A stretch of DNA of 64,000 nucleotides, from contig JBJBDL010000003.1 of the NCBI GenBank assembly GCA_047285305.1, positions 544,001-608,000 of the forward strand. The letters run 5' to 3'. This DNA comes from Synechococcus sp. GTDB lineage: Bacteria; Cyanobacteriota; Cyanobacteriia; PCC-6307; Cyanobiaceae. The notes beneath the pieces were generated by a model that saw only the letters and a program-made list of their open reading frames with translations, had not been told where the DNA came from and did not search any database. The position numbers and the translations under genes are program-made. This document shows, piece by piece, positions 41,662-52,284 of this stretch. Each line of letters starts with the position of its first letter. Within the stretch, counting starts at the first letter, position 1.

Positions 41662-43464
41662 TCAGTAGTTGGCGCCGCTGCGGCGTTGGTGCACCGCGGT
41701 GCTGCCCTCCGCATCCAGCACCCCGCCGCGATCCACTTCGGCATAGATCAGCCAGTGGTCGCCGCATTCCATCCTCTGGCTCACCTTGCCGTCCAGCCAG
41801 GCCAGAGCATCAGGCAGCAAGGGCTGTTCGGCGGGGCTGGTGTCCAGCTCAAGGCCTGCAAAGCGATCGGCACCGGGTTCGAACGGTTGCAGGAACTGCT
41901 TCATCAGGGCGGTTTCGCGGCCTTCGGCCAGCACGTTCAACGCAAAGCGATCGCCCTTGTGCAGCAGTGCTTCCACGGCACGGTCCTTGGCCACGGCCAC
42001 GGTGATGCCGGGGGGATTGAAGCTGGCCTGGCTCACCCAGCTGGCGACCATGGCGCCGCTCAGATCCGCTTTGCGGGTGGTGAGCACGCAGAGGGAGCCG
42101 ATCACGCGGCCCAGGGCCAGCACCGCTGGATCGCTGCGGCTGTCGCTCAAGCCCCCCGCACTGCGCCGTTGCGCCCGTTTCTGGCTCTGCAGCAGCTGGC
42201 GGGCGAAACGGGTGCCGGTTTCCTCCAGCTCCTTCACCCGGGCGGAATCCGGGCTGAACTTCACGCGAATCGGTTCGAAGCCAAAGCTGAAGCCGCCATC
42301 CCGCAGCTTCGTTTCCAGCAGGTCCACCGCCTCGCCGCTCCAGCCGAAACTGCCGAACACTCCCACGGGCTTACTGCGATCCCCCTCCGCCAACAGGGTG
42401 CCCAGGGCCGAGACGATCGGTGTGGGGGCATGGCCCCCCAGGGTGGGTGAGCCGATCAAAACGGCGTCGGCCTGCTGGATCGTGCTCACCAGTTCATCAG
42501 CCGGGGTGAATTCGCAGTTCAAGCTGCTCACCCGGATGCCGGTGCGGCTGACCCCGCGGGCCAGGGCATCGGCAATGGCTGCGGTGTTGCCGTAAGCGCT
42601 GGCGAACAGCAAGGCCACCGTCAGGCTGGCGTTCTGCTGGCCTTCGCCCCAGCGGCGGTAGTCATTCAGAAGGCTGCGCCAACTGGCTTCGATGGCCGGG
42701 CCATGGCCCGGCGCAATGGTGCGGATGTCGAGTTCTTCGAGCCGCTCCACTAAGGCATCCACCTGACGGGCCATGGGGGCCATCAGGCAGTCATAGAAGT
42801 GACGGCGTTCTTCTTCGGTGCTGCTGCGGTTGCTTTCTGCCCAGCTGTCTGTGCAGAGGTGGGCACTGAAGAACTTGTCGCTCATCAGCAGGCCCAGGCT
42901 TTCCTCGAACGCCAGCAACCCGCCTGGCCATCGGGGGGTTGGGGCCGGCAGCAACATCAAGCTGCGCTGATGGCTGAGCGGAAGCGTTTGTTCCTGGCGG
43001 ATTACGCGCAGGGGCGGCAGATCGGGCAGTGGTGGTTGCTCGCTCGTCTCACCGGGAGGGGCCGGCCTGCGTTGGCTCCACAGCTCCTCGATCAGCTTGG
43101 CGCCGGGGTTGGAGACGATCAGTTCCAGGCCGGCGTAGGCCTCTGCCAGATCCCGCAGCAGGGCAACGCGGTTGGGGTTGACGTGGCCCACAACCACCAG
43201 CAGCGGTGCGACGCTGCTGGGTAGGGCGTCGGCAAGCTCCGGCAGAAAGGCCGCGCTGTAGGCCACTCCCGGGGGGTGGACCAGCACAGAAGGGGCTCCA
43301 TCACCGGCCTCGAATAAAACACTGTTGGCTGTGCTGCCCCGCTCCAGGGCGTATTCCAGTTCGAAGCGGTGCCGTTGAGGGCTCAGACCGCGCAGACCAA
43401 CAACCCCATCGTCGATCGGCAGCTGGATCGTGCGACGCGTGGTTGCGGTGCTAGTCACGCTCAT
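41662..43464 (-). CDS. flv1: Flavodiiron protein, Flv1 type
   Basis: Beta-lactamase-like, flavodoxin (SAYGNT) and flavin reductase domains; non-canonical HVNPNR site. Confidence 0.88.
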   Translation of the reverse strand: MSVTSTATTRRTIQLPIDDGVVGLRGLSPQRHRFELEYALERGSTANSVLFEAGDGAPSVLVHPPGVAYSAAFLPELADALPSSVAPLLVVVGHVNPNRVALLRDLAEAYAGLELIVSNPGAKLIEELWSQRRPAPPGETSEQPPLPDLPPLRVIRQEQTLPLSHQRSLMLLPAPTPRWPGGLLAFEESLGLLMSDKFFSAHLCTDSWAESNRSSTEEERRHFYDCLMAPMARQVDALVERLEELDIRTIAPGHGPAIEASWRSLLNDYRRWGEGQQNASLTVALLFASAYGNTAAIADALARGVSRTGIRVSSLNCEFTPADELVSTIQQADAVLIGSPTLGGHAPTPIVSALGTLLAEGDRSKPVGVFGSFGWSGEAVDLLETKLRDGGFSFGFEPIRVKFSPDSARVKELEETGTRFARQLLQSQKRAQRRSAGGLSDSRSDPAVLALGRVIGSLCVLTTRKADLSGAMVASWVSQASFNPPGITVAVAKDRAVEALLHKGDRFALNVLAEGRETALMKQFLQPFEPGADRFAGLELDTSPAEQPLLPDALAWLDGKVSQRMECGDHWLIYAEVDRGGVLDAEGSTAVHQRRSGANY

Positions 43465-45212
43465 CAGTAGTGGTTCCCCACTTTGCGGTGGTGCACTGCC
43501 GTGCTGGCCTCGGCATCGGCCACATTGCCCTGCTCCACCACGGCATAGATGATCCAGTGATCGGGGCCTTCCATCCGTTGCTCCACCCGGCAGCCCAGAA
43601 ACGCCAGAGCATCGGCGAGCACCGGACCGCCATCGGCAGTTCCCTCCAGCACGTTCACCCCCGCGAAACGATCGGCACCCGGGTGGAAGCGCTTGAGGAA
43701 ATGGCGCATCAGTTGTTGGTGATTGTCCTGCCGTAGAACGTTCAGCACGAAGCGGTCGCCCACTTGCATCAGGGCTTCGATCGCACGATCTTTAGCGACG
43801 GCGATGGTGAGGCCCGGTGGGGTAAAGCTGGCCTGGCTCACCCAGCTGGCCACCATGGCGCTGCGGCGTTGCGATTCGCCCTCTCCCTGGCTGGCGGTCA
43901 CCACATAAAGGCCACCGCTGATGCGACCCAGGGCCTTGTCGAGGTCGCCATCGAGGCTTTTCATCGCCGCGATCGTCTTCTCTTTGGTCAAGAGCTGGCC
44001 GAGGTCGGTGCCCGACTCCTCACAGCGTTGGTAGTCGCTGCCCTGGGGCAGCTGTTTGATCCGCAATGGGCTGAAGGCTTGCTTCTGCCTCTGGCTGCGC
44101 AGTTGATCAGCGACGGCGTCGATCGGTTCATCATTGCCGCCGAAGGCGTCGTATACCCCCACCAGTTGTTTGGGATGCAGGGCTGCCAGCAGGGTTCCGA
44201 TCGAGGCCTGCAGATCCGGCTCCGGCTCCGCGGGCCAGGTCGGCACCACAACAGCTTTGGCATCGCCGATCAGGGCAGTGAGTTCCTGGGGGTCGGTGGC
44301 TCGAAGGTCCACCAGCTGCACCTGGGCATCGGCCTTGCCGATGCCGTGGGCAATGGCCTGGCTGATCCGATCGGAGAAGCCGTACTGGCTCAAATAACAA
44401 ACGGCGGCATAGCTCTCGCCTTTGCTGCGCTGGCCGCTCCACTCGCGGTAGTCGCTGATCCAGTGGCTGAGGTGATGCCGCAACAGCGGCCCGTGTCCCA
44501 CCGCGATGGTGTTGATCTCCGGCAGGCCATCCATCCGCTTGAGGGCCTGCAGCACGCTGCGGGCATTGGGGCCCATCAGGCAGTCGTAGTAGAAGCGGAA
44601 ATCAGGGGCGATGGCACCGGGGTCGGCGTCGAAGATGTCGTCAGAGCAGTAGTGCAGACCAAAGGCATCGCAGGTGTAGAGGATGCCTGTGCCGTGATCG
44701 AAGGAAAAGATTGTGTCTGGCCAGTGCAGGTTCGGAGCACTGAGGAATTCGAAGCGGTGATGGATGCCGTTGTCGGGGTTGGTGCCGAGATCCAATTCCT
44801 CACCGGACTTCACAGCACGGGATTTAAACGGCCTGTGCACCTGGTCCTTGAGGAACTGCAGCGCCACTTTCGACCCAACGATTTCGATCTCGGGATTGAG
44901 ATCGATCAGATCACCGATCAATCCGGAGTGGTCGGGTTCGGTGTGGCTCACGATCAACACATCGATCGCGGTTGGATCGATCTGCTCCTTGAGCAGCGGG
45001 ATCCAGGTGTCGCGGAACTTGGCGTGGCTGGTGTCGATCAGGGCGGTGCGTTCTCCCCGCACCAGAAAGGCGTTGTACGTGGTGCCGTTGCGCAGGCCGA
45101 ATTCGATGTCGAAGCGGCTGCGGTCCCAGTCGAGGGAGCGAATCGTGGTGGTATTGGCGCCGATGGCCTCGCACTGCAGCGACAGCTTCGGAGCAGCGGA
45201 AGCAACGACCAT
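43464..45212 (-). CDS. flv3: Flavodiiron protein, Flv3 type
   Basis: GTTYNAFL, canonical HTEPDH, LHWPD. Confidence 0.9.
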   Translation of the reverse strand: MVVASAAPKLSLQCEAIGANTTTIRSLDWDRSRFDIEFGLRNGTTYNAFLVRGERTALIDTSHAKFRDTWIPLLKEQIDPTAIDVLIVSHTEPDHSGLIGDLIDLNPEIEIVGSKVALQFLKDQVHRPFKSRAVKSGEELDLGTNPDNGIHHRFEFLSAPNLHWPDTIFSFDHGTGILYTCDAFGLHYCSDDIFDADPGAIAPDFRFYYDCLMGPNARSVLQALKRMDGLPEINTIAVGHGPLLRHHLSHWISDYREWSGQRSKGESYAAVCYLSQYGFSDRISQAIAHGIGKADAQVQLVDLRATDPQELTALIGDAKAVVVPTWPAEPEPDLQASIGTLLAALHPKQLVGVYDAFGGNDEPIDAVADQLRSQRQKQAFSPLRIKQLPQGSDYQRCEESGTDLGQLLTKEKTIAAMKSLDGDLDKALGRISGGLYVVTASQGEGESQRRSAMVASWVSQASFTPPGLTIAVAKDRAIEALMQVGDRFVLNVLRQDNHQQLMRHFLKRFHPGADRFAGVNVLEGTADGGPVLADALAFLGCRVEQRMEGPDHWIIYAVVEQGNVADAEASTAVHHRKVGNHY

Positions 45213-45294
45213 GAAACCGACCGTGACGGAAGTCGACTCTACGGAGATTCAGCGGGGCAAAGCGGCGGAGACTGGTATCAACTGCAACCTTGTG

Positions 45295-46590
45295 ATGGCG
45301 TCATCGACGCTGCGACGCAGCATTGGACCCGGGATCCTCTTGGCCGGTGCCTGCATTGGTGGATCCCACTTGATGTCGTCCACCACGGCGGGAGCCCGAT
45401 TCGGCTTTGCGCTGGTGGGCCTGATCTTGCTCACCAATCTGATCAAGTACCCGTTCCTGCGCGTGGGCACCCGCTTCACAGCGGCCACCGGACTGTCGCT
45501 GCTGGAGGGTTTCCAGAAACGCAATCCCCTCTACCTGCCGCTGTACCTGGTGGTGAGCCTGGTCACCGGCACCTTCACCATCGCGGCGGTGAGTTTTGTG
45601 GCGGGGCTGCTGCTCACCAACATCCCCCTGCTGGCGGGGCTGGACCCCTACGGACTGTCCATCGCCGTGCTGGCGGTGAGTGGCCTGGTGCTGCTGCTGG
45701 GGCATTACCGGGCGCTCGACCGTCTCTCCAAGCTGTTGGTGGTGCTGCTCACCCTGCTCACTGGGGTTGCGGCTGCATCACTGCTGATCCGCGGCCCCGT
45801 CGGCGATGTGGCGGCCAGTTGGGTCAGCACGGATCCCAGCCCCTGGACCCTGGCCAACCTGGCCTTCTTGATTCCCCTGATGGGCTGGATGCCCGGACCA
45901 GTGGAGATGTGCGTTTGGCCATCGTTGTGGATGTTTTCCCGTGCGCGCGACACCGAGTACACCGCAACGCCGAAGGAGGCTGAGTTCGATTTCAACCTCG
46001 GCTATGGCGTCACCGTTGTGACGGCCATGTTCTTCGTGATCCTGGGCGCTTACACGATGTATGGCAGCAATGACGGAATGCTGGCTGGCAGTGGCGTGTC
46101 CTTCGCCCAGAAGCTGATCAAGCTCTACACCGCCGCCATGGGTGGTTGGGCGGCCTGGGTGATCATCCCGGCGGCCTTTTCCGCCATGTTCAGCACCACC
46201 CTCACCTGCCTGGATGCCTATCCCCGCAGCATTGCGGCGATCCAGGGCTTGCTGCGTCATCACGACAGTGGGGATTCAGCACCTGGGCTCATGCAGCGTC
46301 GCTTCGACATCTGGGTGATCGTGCATTTCCTGGCCGCTGTGCTGGCGCTGGTGGTGGCCAAAAGCGGCGGAATCGGTGTGAAGGATTTCGTCTTCGGGGC
46401 GATGACCGGCAGTTTCCTCACCGCTCCTCTGTTCGCCTGGATGGCGATGGACACGCTCAAAAGCCCCTTGGTTCCAGTGGCGCACCGTTATGGGCGGCTC
46501 ACCCAGGCCTTCTGCTGGTTTGGCCTGGTGTTTTTCAGTGGCTTCAGCCTGCTGTTCATCGGTCGCTTCTTCCTCGGCCTCGGCGGCTGA
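45295..46590 (+). CDS. NRAMP-like divalent metal transporter
   Basis: GPGILLAGACIGGSHL..ST.AGA.FG, MGWMP, AMFSTT. Confidence 0.8.
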   Translation: MASSTLRRSIGPGILLAGACIGGSHLMSSTTAGARFGFALVGLILLTNLIKYPFLRVGTRFTAATGLSLLEGFQKRNPLYLPLYLVVSLVTGTFTIAAVSFVAGLLLTNIPLLAGLDPYGLSIAVLAVSGLVLLLGHYRALDRLSKLLVVLLTLLTGVAAASLLIRGPVGDVAASWVSTDPSPWTLANLAFLIPLMGWMPGPVEMCVWPSLWMFSRARDTEYTATPKEAEFDFNLGYGVTVVTAMFFVILGAYTMYGSNDGMLAGSGVSFAQKLIKLYTAAMGGWAAWVIIPAAFSAMFSTTLTCLDAYPRSIAAIQGLLRHHDSGDSAPGLMQRRFDIWVIVHFLAAVLALVVAKSGGIGVKDFVFGAMTGSFLTAPLFAWMAMDTLKSPLVPVAHRYGRLTQAFCWFGLVFFSGFSLLFIGRFFLGLGG

Positions 46591-46607
46591 TTCCACCCTG
46601 GCTTCAA

Positions 46608-46635
46608 CAAAAAACCCCTGCCATGGGCAGGGGTT
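46608..46635 (-). terminator. Intrinsic terminator for hsp20
   Basis: AACCCCTGCC-ATG-GGCAGGGGTT stem preceded by an A run (U tail on the minus strand). Confidence 0.75.
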
Positions 46636-46705
46636 GGGCTTCCGTTCTTCTTGTCTTGGTGTGTTGGGCTTGTCCAGCTCATGGCTTTCAGTGCTCGGAT
46701 TCTGA

Positions 46706-47098
46706 TCAGCTCTCCACCTTCACCGAAACACTGGTGTGTTTCACCGCTTTGCCGGCGTTGATTTCAAGAATGCCGTCCCGATAGCTGGCCTTGAGCTGGT
46801 CGCGATCGAGGCTGTGGGGGAAACGGAAGCTGCGGCTCCAGGTGCCGCAGCGGAATTCGCTCAGCAGAGGTGCGTTGCTGTCGTCGCTGCCTGTGGCTGA
46901 GCGTTCGGCGCTGATTACCAGGTTGCGATCGGTGGCCTTGACGTCGATCGAGTCCCGGTCGACCCCGGGCAGTTCCAGCTGCACGGTGTAACTGGTTTCG
47001 GTTTCGCGGATTTCGGCGTTGGGAACGCGCTCAGCGGTGGCCAGTTGCTGCTCGAGACGCTCGAATAGATCAAAGGGGGATTGGCGAAGGGTCAGCAT
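46706..47098 (-). CDS. hspA: Small heat shock protein (Hsp20)
   Basis: ELPGV, SRSFRFP, ASYRDGILEI. Confidence 0.92.
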   Translation of the reverse strand: MLTLRQSPFDLFERLEQQLATAERVPNAEIRETETSYTVQLELPGVDRDSIDVKATDRNLVISAERSATGSDDSNAPLLSEFRCGTWSRSFRFPHSLDRDQLKASYRDGILEINAGKAVKHTSVSVKVES

Positions 47099-47264
47099 GA
47101 TGGTGGCTCCGAAGAATGAACATCTGCGGACTGGGTTAATCGCCCGCCATCACAATCTGCGCCGCTTAGATGAGAACCAGAAGCGTGAGAACCGTCCGTT
47201 TTGATTCGGTCTCTCCCACCAGGTTCGGTTGGCACCACAAGGATGGTGTTGAAACCGAATCTCC

Positions 47265-47744
47265 TTAAAGCCACCACCAGTCGCTGAAACAGGCCGCTTG
47301 GCCGAAGACCCTCTCCTCTGCATCCCAGAGTGTCCAGATCCGGGCCTTGTTGATCATGAATCGCCGCCCTTTGCGGCTGATGCGAATGCCGCGATAGTTC
47401 TGCACTGCATCGAGGCGTTTGGCCTGCCCCAAGGCGTTGCTGCGTTCCCCCCGTTCGCTGTTTGGTGCAGTGAGCTGTGAGGGCATGCCGATCAGCTCAT
47501 TCCAGCGTGTTTCCCACAGCTGCAGGGCCGCAGCGTTGGCGTAACTGAGCTTGGGATCCTGCTCCGTGCCGTGGGCCAGCACTGGAAAGCCGCAGGCGAA
47601 CAGGTTCTGGCAAAGCAACCGCTTTGACTGGTCAGGTTGGGCGGAAGCGATCAGCGGCCTGCCGAAGGCCCGTTGATGCGATTGCAGCAGCACTGCGGCG
47701 AGCCCTTGTTTTTCGGCGGTGAGCCAGGCGGCTTCACGGACCAT
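47265..47744 (-). CDS. MEKHLA domain protein
   Basis: VLAHGTEQDP.LSYAN.AAL.LW, Y.GIRIS.KGRRF.I. Confidence 0.88.
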   Translation of the reverse strand: MVREAAWLTAEKQGLAAVLLQSHQRAFGRPLIASAQPDQSKRLLCQNLFACGFPVLAHGTEQDPKLSYANAAALQLWETRWNELIGMPSQLTAPNSERGERSNALGQAKRLDAVQNYRGIRISRKGRRFMINKARIWTLWDAEERVFGQAACFSDWWWL

Positions 47745-47758
47745 GGCTCTGCTCTGTG

Positions 47759-48646
47759 TCAGCTGCCGGCTGCCATGGCCTGCAGCATCGCCTTTTGGGC
47801 ACTGGCCTGACCATGGGCCTTGAGGTTGTTCAGGAAGGTGCTCCGCGCATCGGCGAAGCGTGGGTCCTCCGCCAGCGGCAGCTCTCCGGCAGCATCGAGG
47901 CCCGTGTCGCCCTCCATGGCTGGGGTGATCACCACCAGGTCGCCATCAAGGCTGCGGTTGTAGCGCCACCACAGGGCCGGGTCCTGCACCGCCGCATGGG
48001 GCGGCAGCGGTGTTGCCTCTTGAGGTGTGCTGGCTCTGTTCTCCTCTTTGGCTGCCGCCGCCCGCTCGGCCAGGGCCTTGCGCCGGTGTTCCGCCAGGTC
48101 TTCCAGCAGCCGAGCCCGGTTGCGGCCCCGCAGTTGGAACAGCACGAAGGGGTCTTCACTGAAGCGATCCCCCATCAGGAAATACACCGCGCTGATGTGT
48201 TTGCAGGGGTTGGCTTTGTCGGGGCAGCTGCACTCGCTGCGCACCTCCTGCAACTTGAACGGGAACAGGCGTTTGCCGCTGGCGGCGAAGGCCCGTTCGA
48301 TGTCGGAGGGCATGATCCCCGCCAGCAGCTGGGCCGACCAGCGGGCTTTCTGGGTCAGCGCTTCCAGCACATAGCCCCAGTCCTCATCGTTGAGCACATC
48401 CAGCCAGAGCTTCACCTTGTACGGCGCTTCATCGGTGCCCTGGACGCGGGCATGCACGCGGCGGCCTTCGAAGCGGATCGAGGTCACATGGCCTTCTCGG
48501 GCGTAGCCCCAGGCCCGCTCCAACCGTTTCTTGAAGCGGTAGCCGTTGATCAGTTCCATCCACTGCTCGACCCACCAGGGCTGTTGGCCGAGTCCGTCGT
48601 CGCCGATGGCGGTGATTCCGTTGCTGTTGCCGTTGCTGAGGGTCAT
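47759..48646 (-). CDS. SWIM zinc finger protein
   Basis: CSCPDKANPCKH, DPFVLFQLRG. Confidence 0.9.
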   Translation of the reverse strand: MTLSNGNSNGITAIGDDGLGQQPWWVEQWMELINGYRFKKRLERAWGYAREGHVTSIRFEGRRVHARVQGTDEAPYKVKLWLDVLNDEDWGYVLEALTQKARWSAQLLAGIMPSDIERAFAASGKRLFPFKLQEVRSECSCPDKANPCKHISAVYFLMGDRFSEDPFVLFQLRGRNRARLLEDLAEHRRKALAERAAAAKEENRASTPQEATPLPPHAAVQDPALWWRYNRSLDGDLVVITPAMEGDTGLDAAGELPLAEDPRFADARSTFLNNLKAHGQASAQKAMLQAMAAGS

Positions 48647-48648
48647 GG

Positions 48649-51600
48649 TCAGGTGTCCTCCAAGGAGACGAGATCGCGCAATTGATCGCCACCGAGGCTT
48701 CCCAGCCAATCCTCGCCGGAGCCGATCACATCCTCAGCAAGGCGTGATTTCTCGCGGATCATGCGATCGATCTTTTCCTCCACCGAGCCGCTGGTGATGA
48801 ATTTGTGCACCATCACCCGGTTGGTCTGGCCGATCCGATAGGCCCGGTCGGTGGCCTGGTTCTCCACAGCCGGGTTCCACCAGCGGTCGATGTGGAACAC
48901 GTGGCTGGCCCGGGTGAGGTTGAGGCCGACACCACCAGCTTTCAACGAGAGCAGGAACAGCTGCGGACCCCGGGGATCCTCCTGGAAGCGATCCACCATC
49001 GCCTGGCGCTCGCTCTTGCGGGTGCCGCCGTGCAGGAAGGGCACCTCTGATTTCCAGCGCTGCTGCATCCAGGCCTGCAGCAGATGCCCCCATTCGGCGA
49101 ACTGGGTGAACAGCAGGGCCCGATCGCCCGCTTCGATCACCTCATCGAGGATTTCCTCAAGTCTCTGCAGCTTGGCCGAACGGCCCAGGAAGCCATCATC
49201 CACGGCCCCTTCGCTTAGGGCCAGGGCGGGATGGTTGCAGATCTGTTTCAGCCGGGTGAGCAGGGCCAGCACCTGCCCGTGGCGCTGCCCGCGCGGCGCC
49301 CGCGCAATGGCATCGAGGGTGTCTTCCACGGTCTTGCTGTATAGGGACTTCTGCTCCTTGCTCAACCCCACCCATTCGCTGAGCTCCACCTTCTCCGGCA
49401 GGTCAGAAATGATCGTTTTGTCGGTTTTTAGCCGGCGCAGGATGAACGGACCCACGCGGCCTTTGAGGTCTCGCAGGGACGACATGTCGCCATACCGTTC
49501 GATCGGCATCCGGTAGCGCTGGCGGAAGAAGTCCTCTTCCCCCAGCACCTTGGGGTTGAGGAAGTCCATCAAGGCCCACAGTTCGCTCACCCGGTTCTCC
49601 ACGGGGGTGCCGGTGAGGGCGATGCGGAAGCGGTTGCTCTTGCTGCGGCCGGGGCGGGCCAGATCCCTGGCGGCCTGGCTCTGTTTGGCGCCGGGGTTCT
49701 TGATTGCCTGGGCTTCGTCAATCACCACCCCCTGCCAGTCCTGGGTTTCCAGCAGTTCGCTGTCCCGCTGCAGCAGTCCGTAGCTGGTGAGCACCAGATC
49801 CACGTCCTTCAAAGCTTTTTTGAGTTCGGCGGGTGTGGAGGGTCGGCGTGGGCCGTAATGCTCGGTGACCTTCAACTCTGGGGTGAACGATTCCGCCTCC
49901 CGGCGCCAGTTGGTGAGCACCGAGGTGGGAGCCACCAGCAGCACCGGGCGCTTCAGTTCCTGCTCTGCTTTGAGGTGCTGCAGAAACGCCAGCAGCTGGA
50001 TGGTTTTGCCCAGGCCCATGTCGTCAGCCAGGCAGGCCCCCTGGTCGAAGCGGTGCAGGAAGGCGAGCCAGCCGAGGCCCCGCTCCTGATAGGGCCGCAG
50101 CTGACCGCTGAATCCCTCGGGAGCCGGTAGGGGGTCGGGGGCCTTCTGCTGGTGGTATTGCTCCAGCACCGATTGGAGTCTTGGGCCGGCGTCGAAGCGG
50201 TGAACAGGCATCCGCATCAGCAGTTCCCCTTCCGTTCCCGTCAGACGCAGCGCGTCGTCGAGGCTCAGTTCCGGTTTCGTGCCACAGAAGCGTTCGGCGT
50301 TCTTGAGGTCGTTGGGCCGCAGTTCGATCCAGGCCCCCTTGTGGCGCACCAGGGGGCTGCGCTTGCCGCTCAGGCGCTCCAGTTCCCGCAGGGTGAGCGT
50401 CACCCCGCCGATCATTAGATCCCACTCCCAGTCCAGACATTCGCCCAGGGTGAAGCCGCGGGAGCGTTCTGGAAGTTCAGCCTTGATCGACAGGCCCAGC
50501 CGGCTGGCCAGGCCGCCGGAGAGGCTGGGCGGCAGCTCCACCCCCACGCCGGCATCCCGCAGCTGGCGGGCAGCCGTGCGCACCAGCACGAAGGCTTCGG
50601 CCGGGGTCAGCTGCATCGTGTCCGGCGTCGCGCTCTCTAGCCCCCTTTCGATCGGTGGGAACACCGTGAGGGCTCGTCCCAGGCCCTCCAGCAGCACTTC
50701 GCCCGGTTGATCCACCTGGATCTCCCCCAGTTGCAGCATCTCGGCGCCGGAGGCCCAGGCTGCGGCGGCCGGGAGCTTCAGGCTGGGGTCGGCTTCCGCC
50801 TGCAGTCCGAAGCGCAGCTCCCAGAGATCCTCCCCATCCGGTGGGGTGTGCAGTTCAAGGCAGGTGCGGGCCGCCGCAAAACCGCCGGCGATGCCTTCCC
50901 TCCAGTGATGGCTGGCGGTGGCCAGGCGTTCGGCCTCTTCATCACCGATCTCGATCACCCCCGTCTCCGACCCCAGGGCCTCCTGCCAGAGGGTCAGCAG
51001 GGGATCAAGCCCATCGGTGGATGGTTCAAAGTCCTTGCGCAGCTGCGCGTCTACCAGGTCTTCCAGCAGCGTCGCCACCCGGAGGCGTCCGCTGCGGGGC
51101 CGGCAACTGGCCACAGGGTTGGCGGCCCGCATGGCCTCCGGTCGTAATCGAGTGGTGCGGTTACTGCGGCGCCCCAGGGGTTCCCGCCAGGGCAAGGCGC
51201 AGGTGGCCACCAACGGCAGGCTGGCCGCCAGATCCTCGAGCCGGCGCCGGTCTTCTTCCCGGTTGAGCAGCGGCACCCAACGGGCCCGATGGGGATAGCC
51301 CTCGCCTTTGCTGAGCTCCATTTGGGGAATCCAGCGGCCCCGGGCCACCAGGCTCAGGGCCCAGCGCTGCAGATGGCTCCACCAGCGCAGTTCGTCAGCC
51401 AGGTCTGGATTGGTGCCGGAGAGCGGCAACCGGGACAACCACTCAGTGGCCGCCGATGGTTCCACCGCGAGCCCTTGCACCTGCCAGGGCCACCATTCGG
51501 TTTGCTTGGGGATCGGTTCGCCGGCCTGCATCGGTAGCCCCGTCCAGCCCGGTGGTTCCGGCGTTGGCTCCTCATTTTTGATGCGGCTTTTGCGCGGCTT

Positions 51601-51846
51601 CACCGTGCGGCTCGGCAGGGTGAGACAGGCTGTGGCATCAATGCAGCCGCCAGGCAAAAGGTCGCGTTCGCTCAGCCAAGCCCTGAGGTCGTCATGGCTG
51701 AGGGTGAAGGGGTGCAGCGCGGGGGTGAGGCCGGGGCCTTCCGGTGTGGCCACCCGCCAGGTGTCAGCCCAAACGAGCAGTGCCGGTTGACCGGTACTGC
51801 TGGAGGTGCGGATGGCGGGAAGCCAGGTGGCGTGCAGCAGGCTCAT
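48649..51846 (-). CDS. SNF2-family helicase/ATPase
   Basis: LADDMGLGKT, DEAQ, LTGTPVEN, QATDRAYRIGQ. Confidence 0.96.
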   Translation of the reverse strand: MSLLHATWLPAIRTSSSTGQPALLVWADTWRVATPEGPGLTPALHPFTLSHDDLRAWLSERDLLPGGCIDATACLTLPSRTVKPRKSRIKNEEPTPEPPGWTGLPMQAGEPIPKQTEWWPWQVQGLAVEPSAATEWLSRLPLSGTNPDLADELRWWSHLQRWALSLVARGRWIPQMELSKGEGYPHRARWVPLLNREEDRRRLEDLAASLPLVATCALPWREPLGRRSNRTTRLRPEAMRAANPVASCRPRSGRLRVATLLEDLVDAQLRKDFEPSTDGLDPLLTLWQEALGSETGVIEIGDEEAERLATASHHWREGIAGGFAAARTCLELHTPPDGEDLWELRFGLQAEADPSLKLPAAAAWASGAEMLQLGEIQVDQPGEVLLEGLGRALTVFPPIERGLESATPDTMQLTPAEAFVLVRTAARQLRDAGVGVELPPSLSGGLASRLGLSIKAELPERSRGFTLGECLDWEWDLMIGGVTLTLRELERLSGKRSPLVRHKGAWIELRPNDLKNAERFCGTKPELSLDDALRLTGTEGELLMRMPVHRFDAGPRLQSVLEQYHQQKAPDPLPAPEGFSGQLRPYQERGLGWLAFLHRFDQGACLADDMGLGKTIQLLAFLQHLKAEQELKRPVLLVAPTSVLTNWRREAESFTPELKVTEHYGPRRPSTPAELKKALKDVDLVLTSYGLLQRDSELLETQDWQGVVIDEAQAIKNPGAKQSQAARDLARPGRSKSNRFRIALTGTPVENRVSELWALMDFLNPKVLGEEDFFRQRYRMPIERYGDMSSLRDLKGRVGPFILRRLKTDKTIISDLPEKVELSEWVGLSKEQKSLYSKTVEDTLDAIARAPRGQRHGQVLALLTRLKQICNHPALALSEGAVDDGFLGRSAKLQRLEEILDEVIEAGDRALLFTQFAEWGHLLQAWMQQRWKSEVPFLHGGTRKSERQAMVDRFQEDPRGPQLFLLSLKAGGVGLNLTRASHVFHIDRWWNPAVENQATDRAYRIGQTNRVMVHKFITSGSVEEKIDRMIREKSRLAEDVIGSGEDWLGSLGGDQLRDLVSLEDT

Positions 51847-52259
51847 GGCCGCGACGCGGGCAGGAAGCGGAGGGTGCCGTGGAGCAGGAGAGCACTGCCG
51901 ATCAACGGCAGCCAGGCCTGAAGTAGCTCCAGTGTTAATGATGCCAGTTCATCGACCTGCCAGTTGTCAAGGGGTAGGGGCATGCCGAGGCTGCGCAACC
52001 CGCAGACCGCCCCCACCAGACCCGCCTGCAAATGCCCGTCATCAGGGTCCACCCGTTGCAGGTGGAAGGCCAGCAGGCCGTAAAAGAGGCCACAACCGCC
52101 CGAACGCACCGCATCTTCCATACCCCAGGGCAAGCTCAGCAGCCCTGCGCTGATGCCGGCAGCCAGCGCCCAACCGATCGACTGCAGCCGCAGTCGCTGG
52201 CGAATTTCGGGATCACTGGGTGGAACGGCCACGGGCACCGGCGGTTCAAAGGCGATCAT
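51843..52259 (-). CDS. Hypothetical membrane protein
   Basis: Multiple TM segments; ATGA overlap with the SNF2 gene. Confidence 0.7.
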   Translation of the reverse strand: MIAFEPPVPVAVPPSDPEIRQRLRLQSIGWALAAGISAGLLSLPWGMEDAVRSGGCGLFYGLLAFHLQRVDPDDGHLQAGLVGAVCGLRSLGMPLPLDNWQVDELASLTLELLQAWLPLIGSALLLHGTLRFLPASRP

Positions 52260-52284
52260 GACGGCAGGATCCCCCTTTCCTGTC

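Noticed and set aside
47265..51846. SNF2-SWIM-MEKHLA cluster as a novel defence system
   Set aside because: The SNF2-SWIM pairing is well known, and the genes have core-like composition and context
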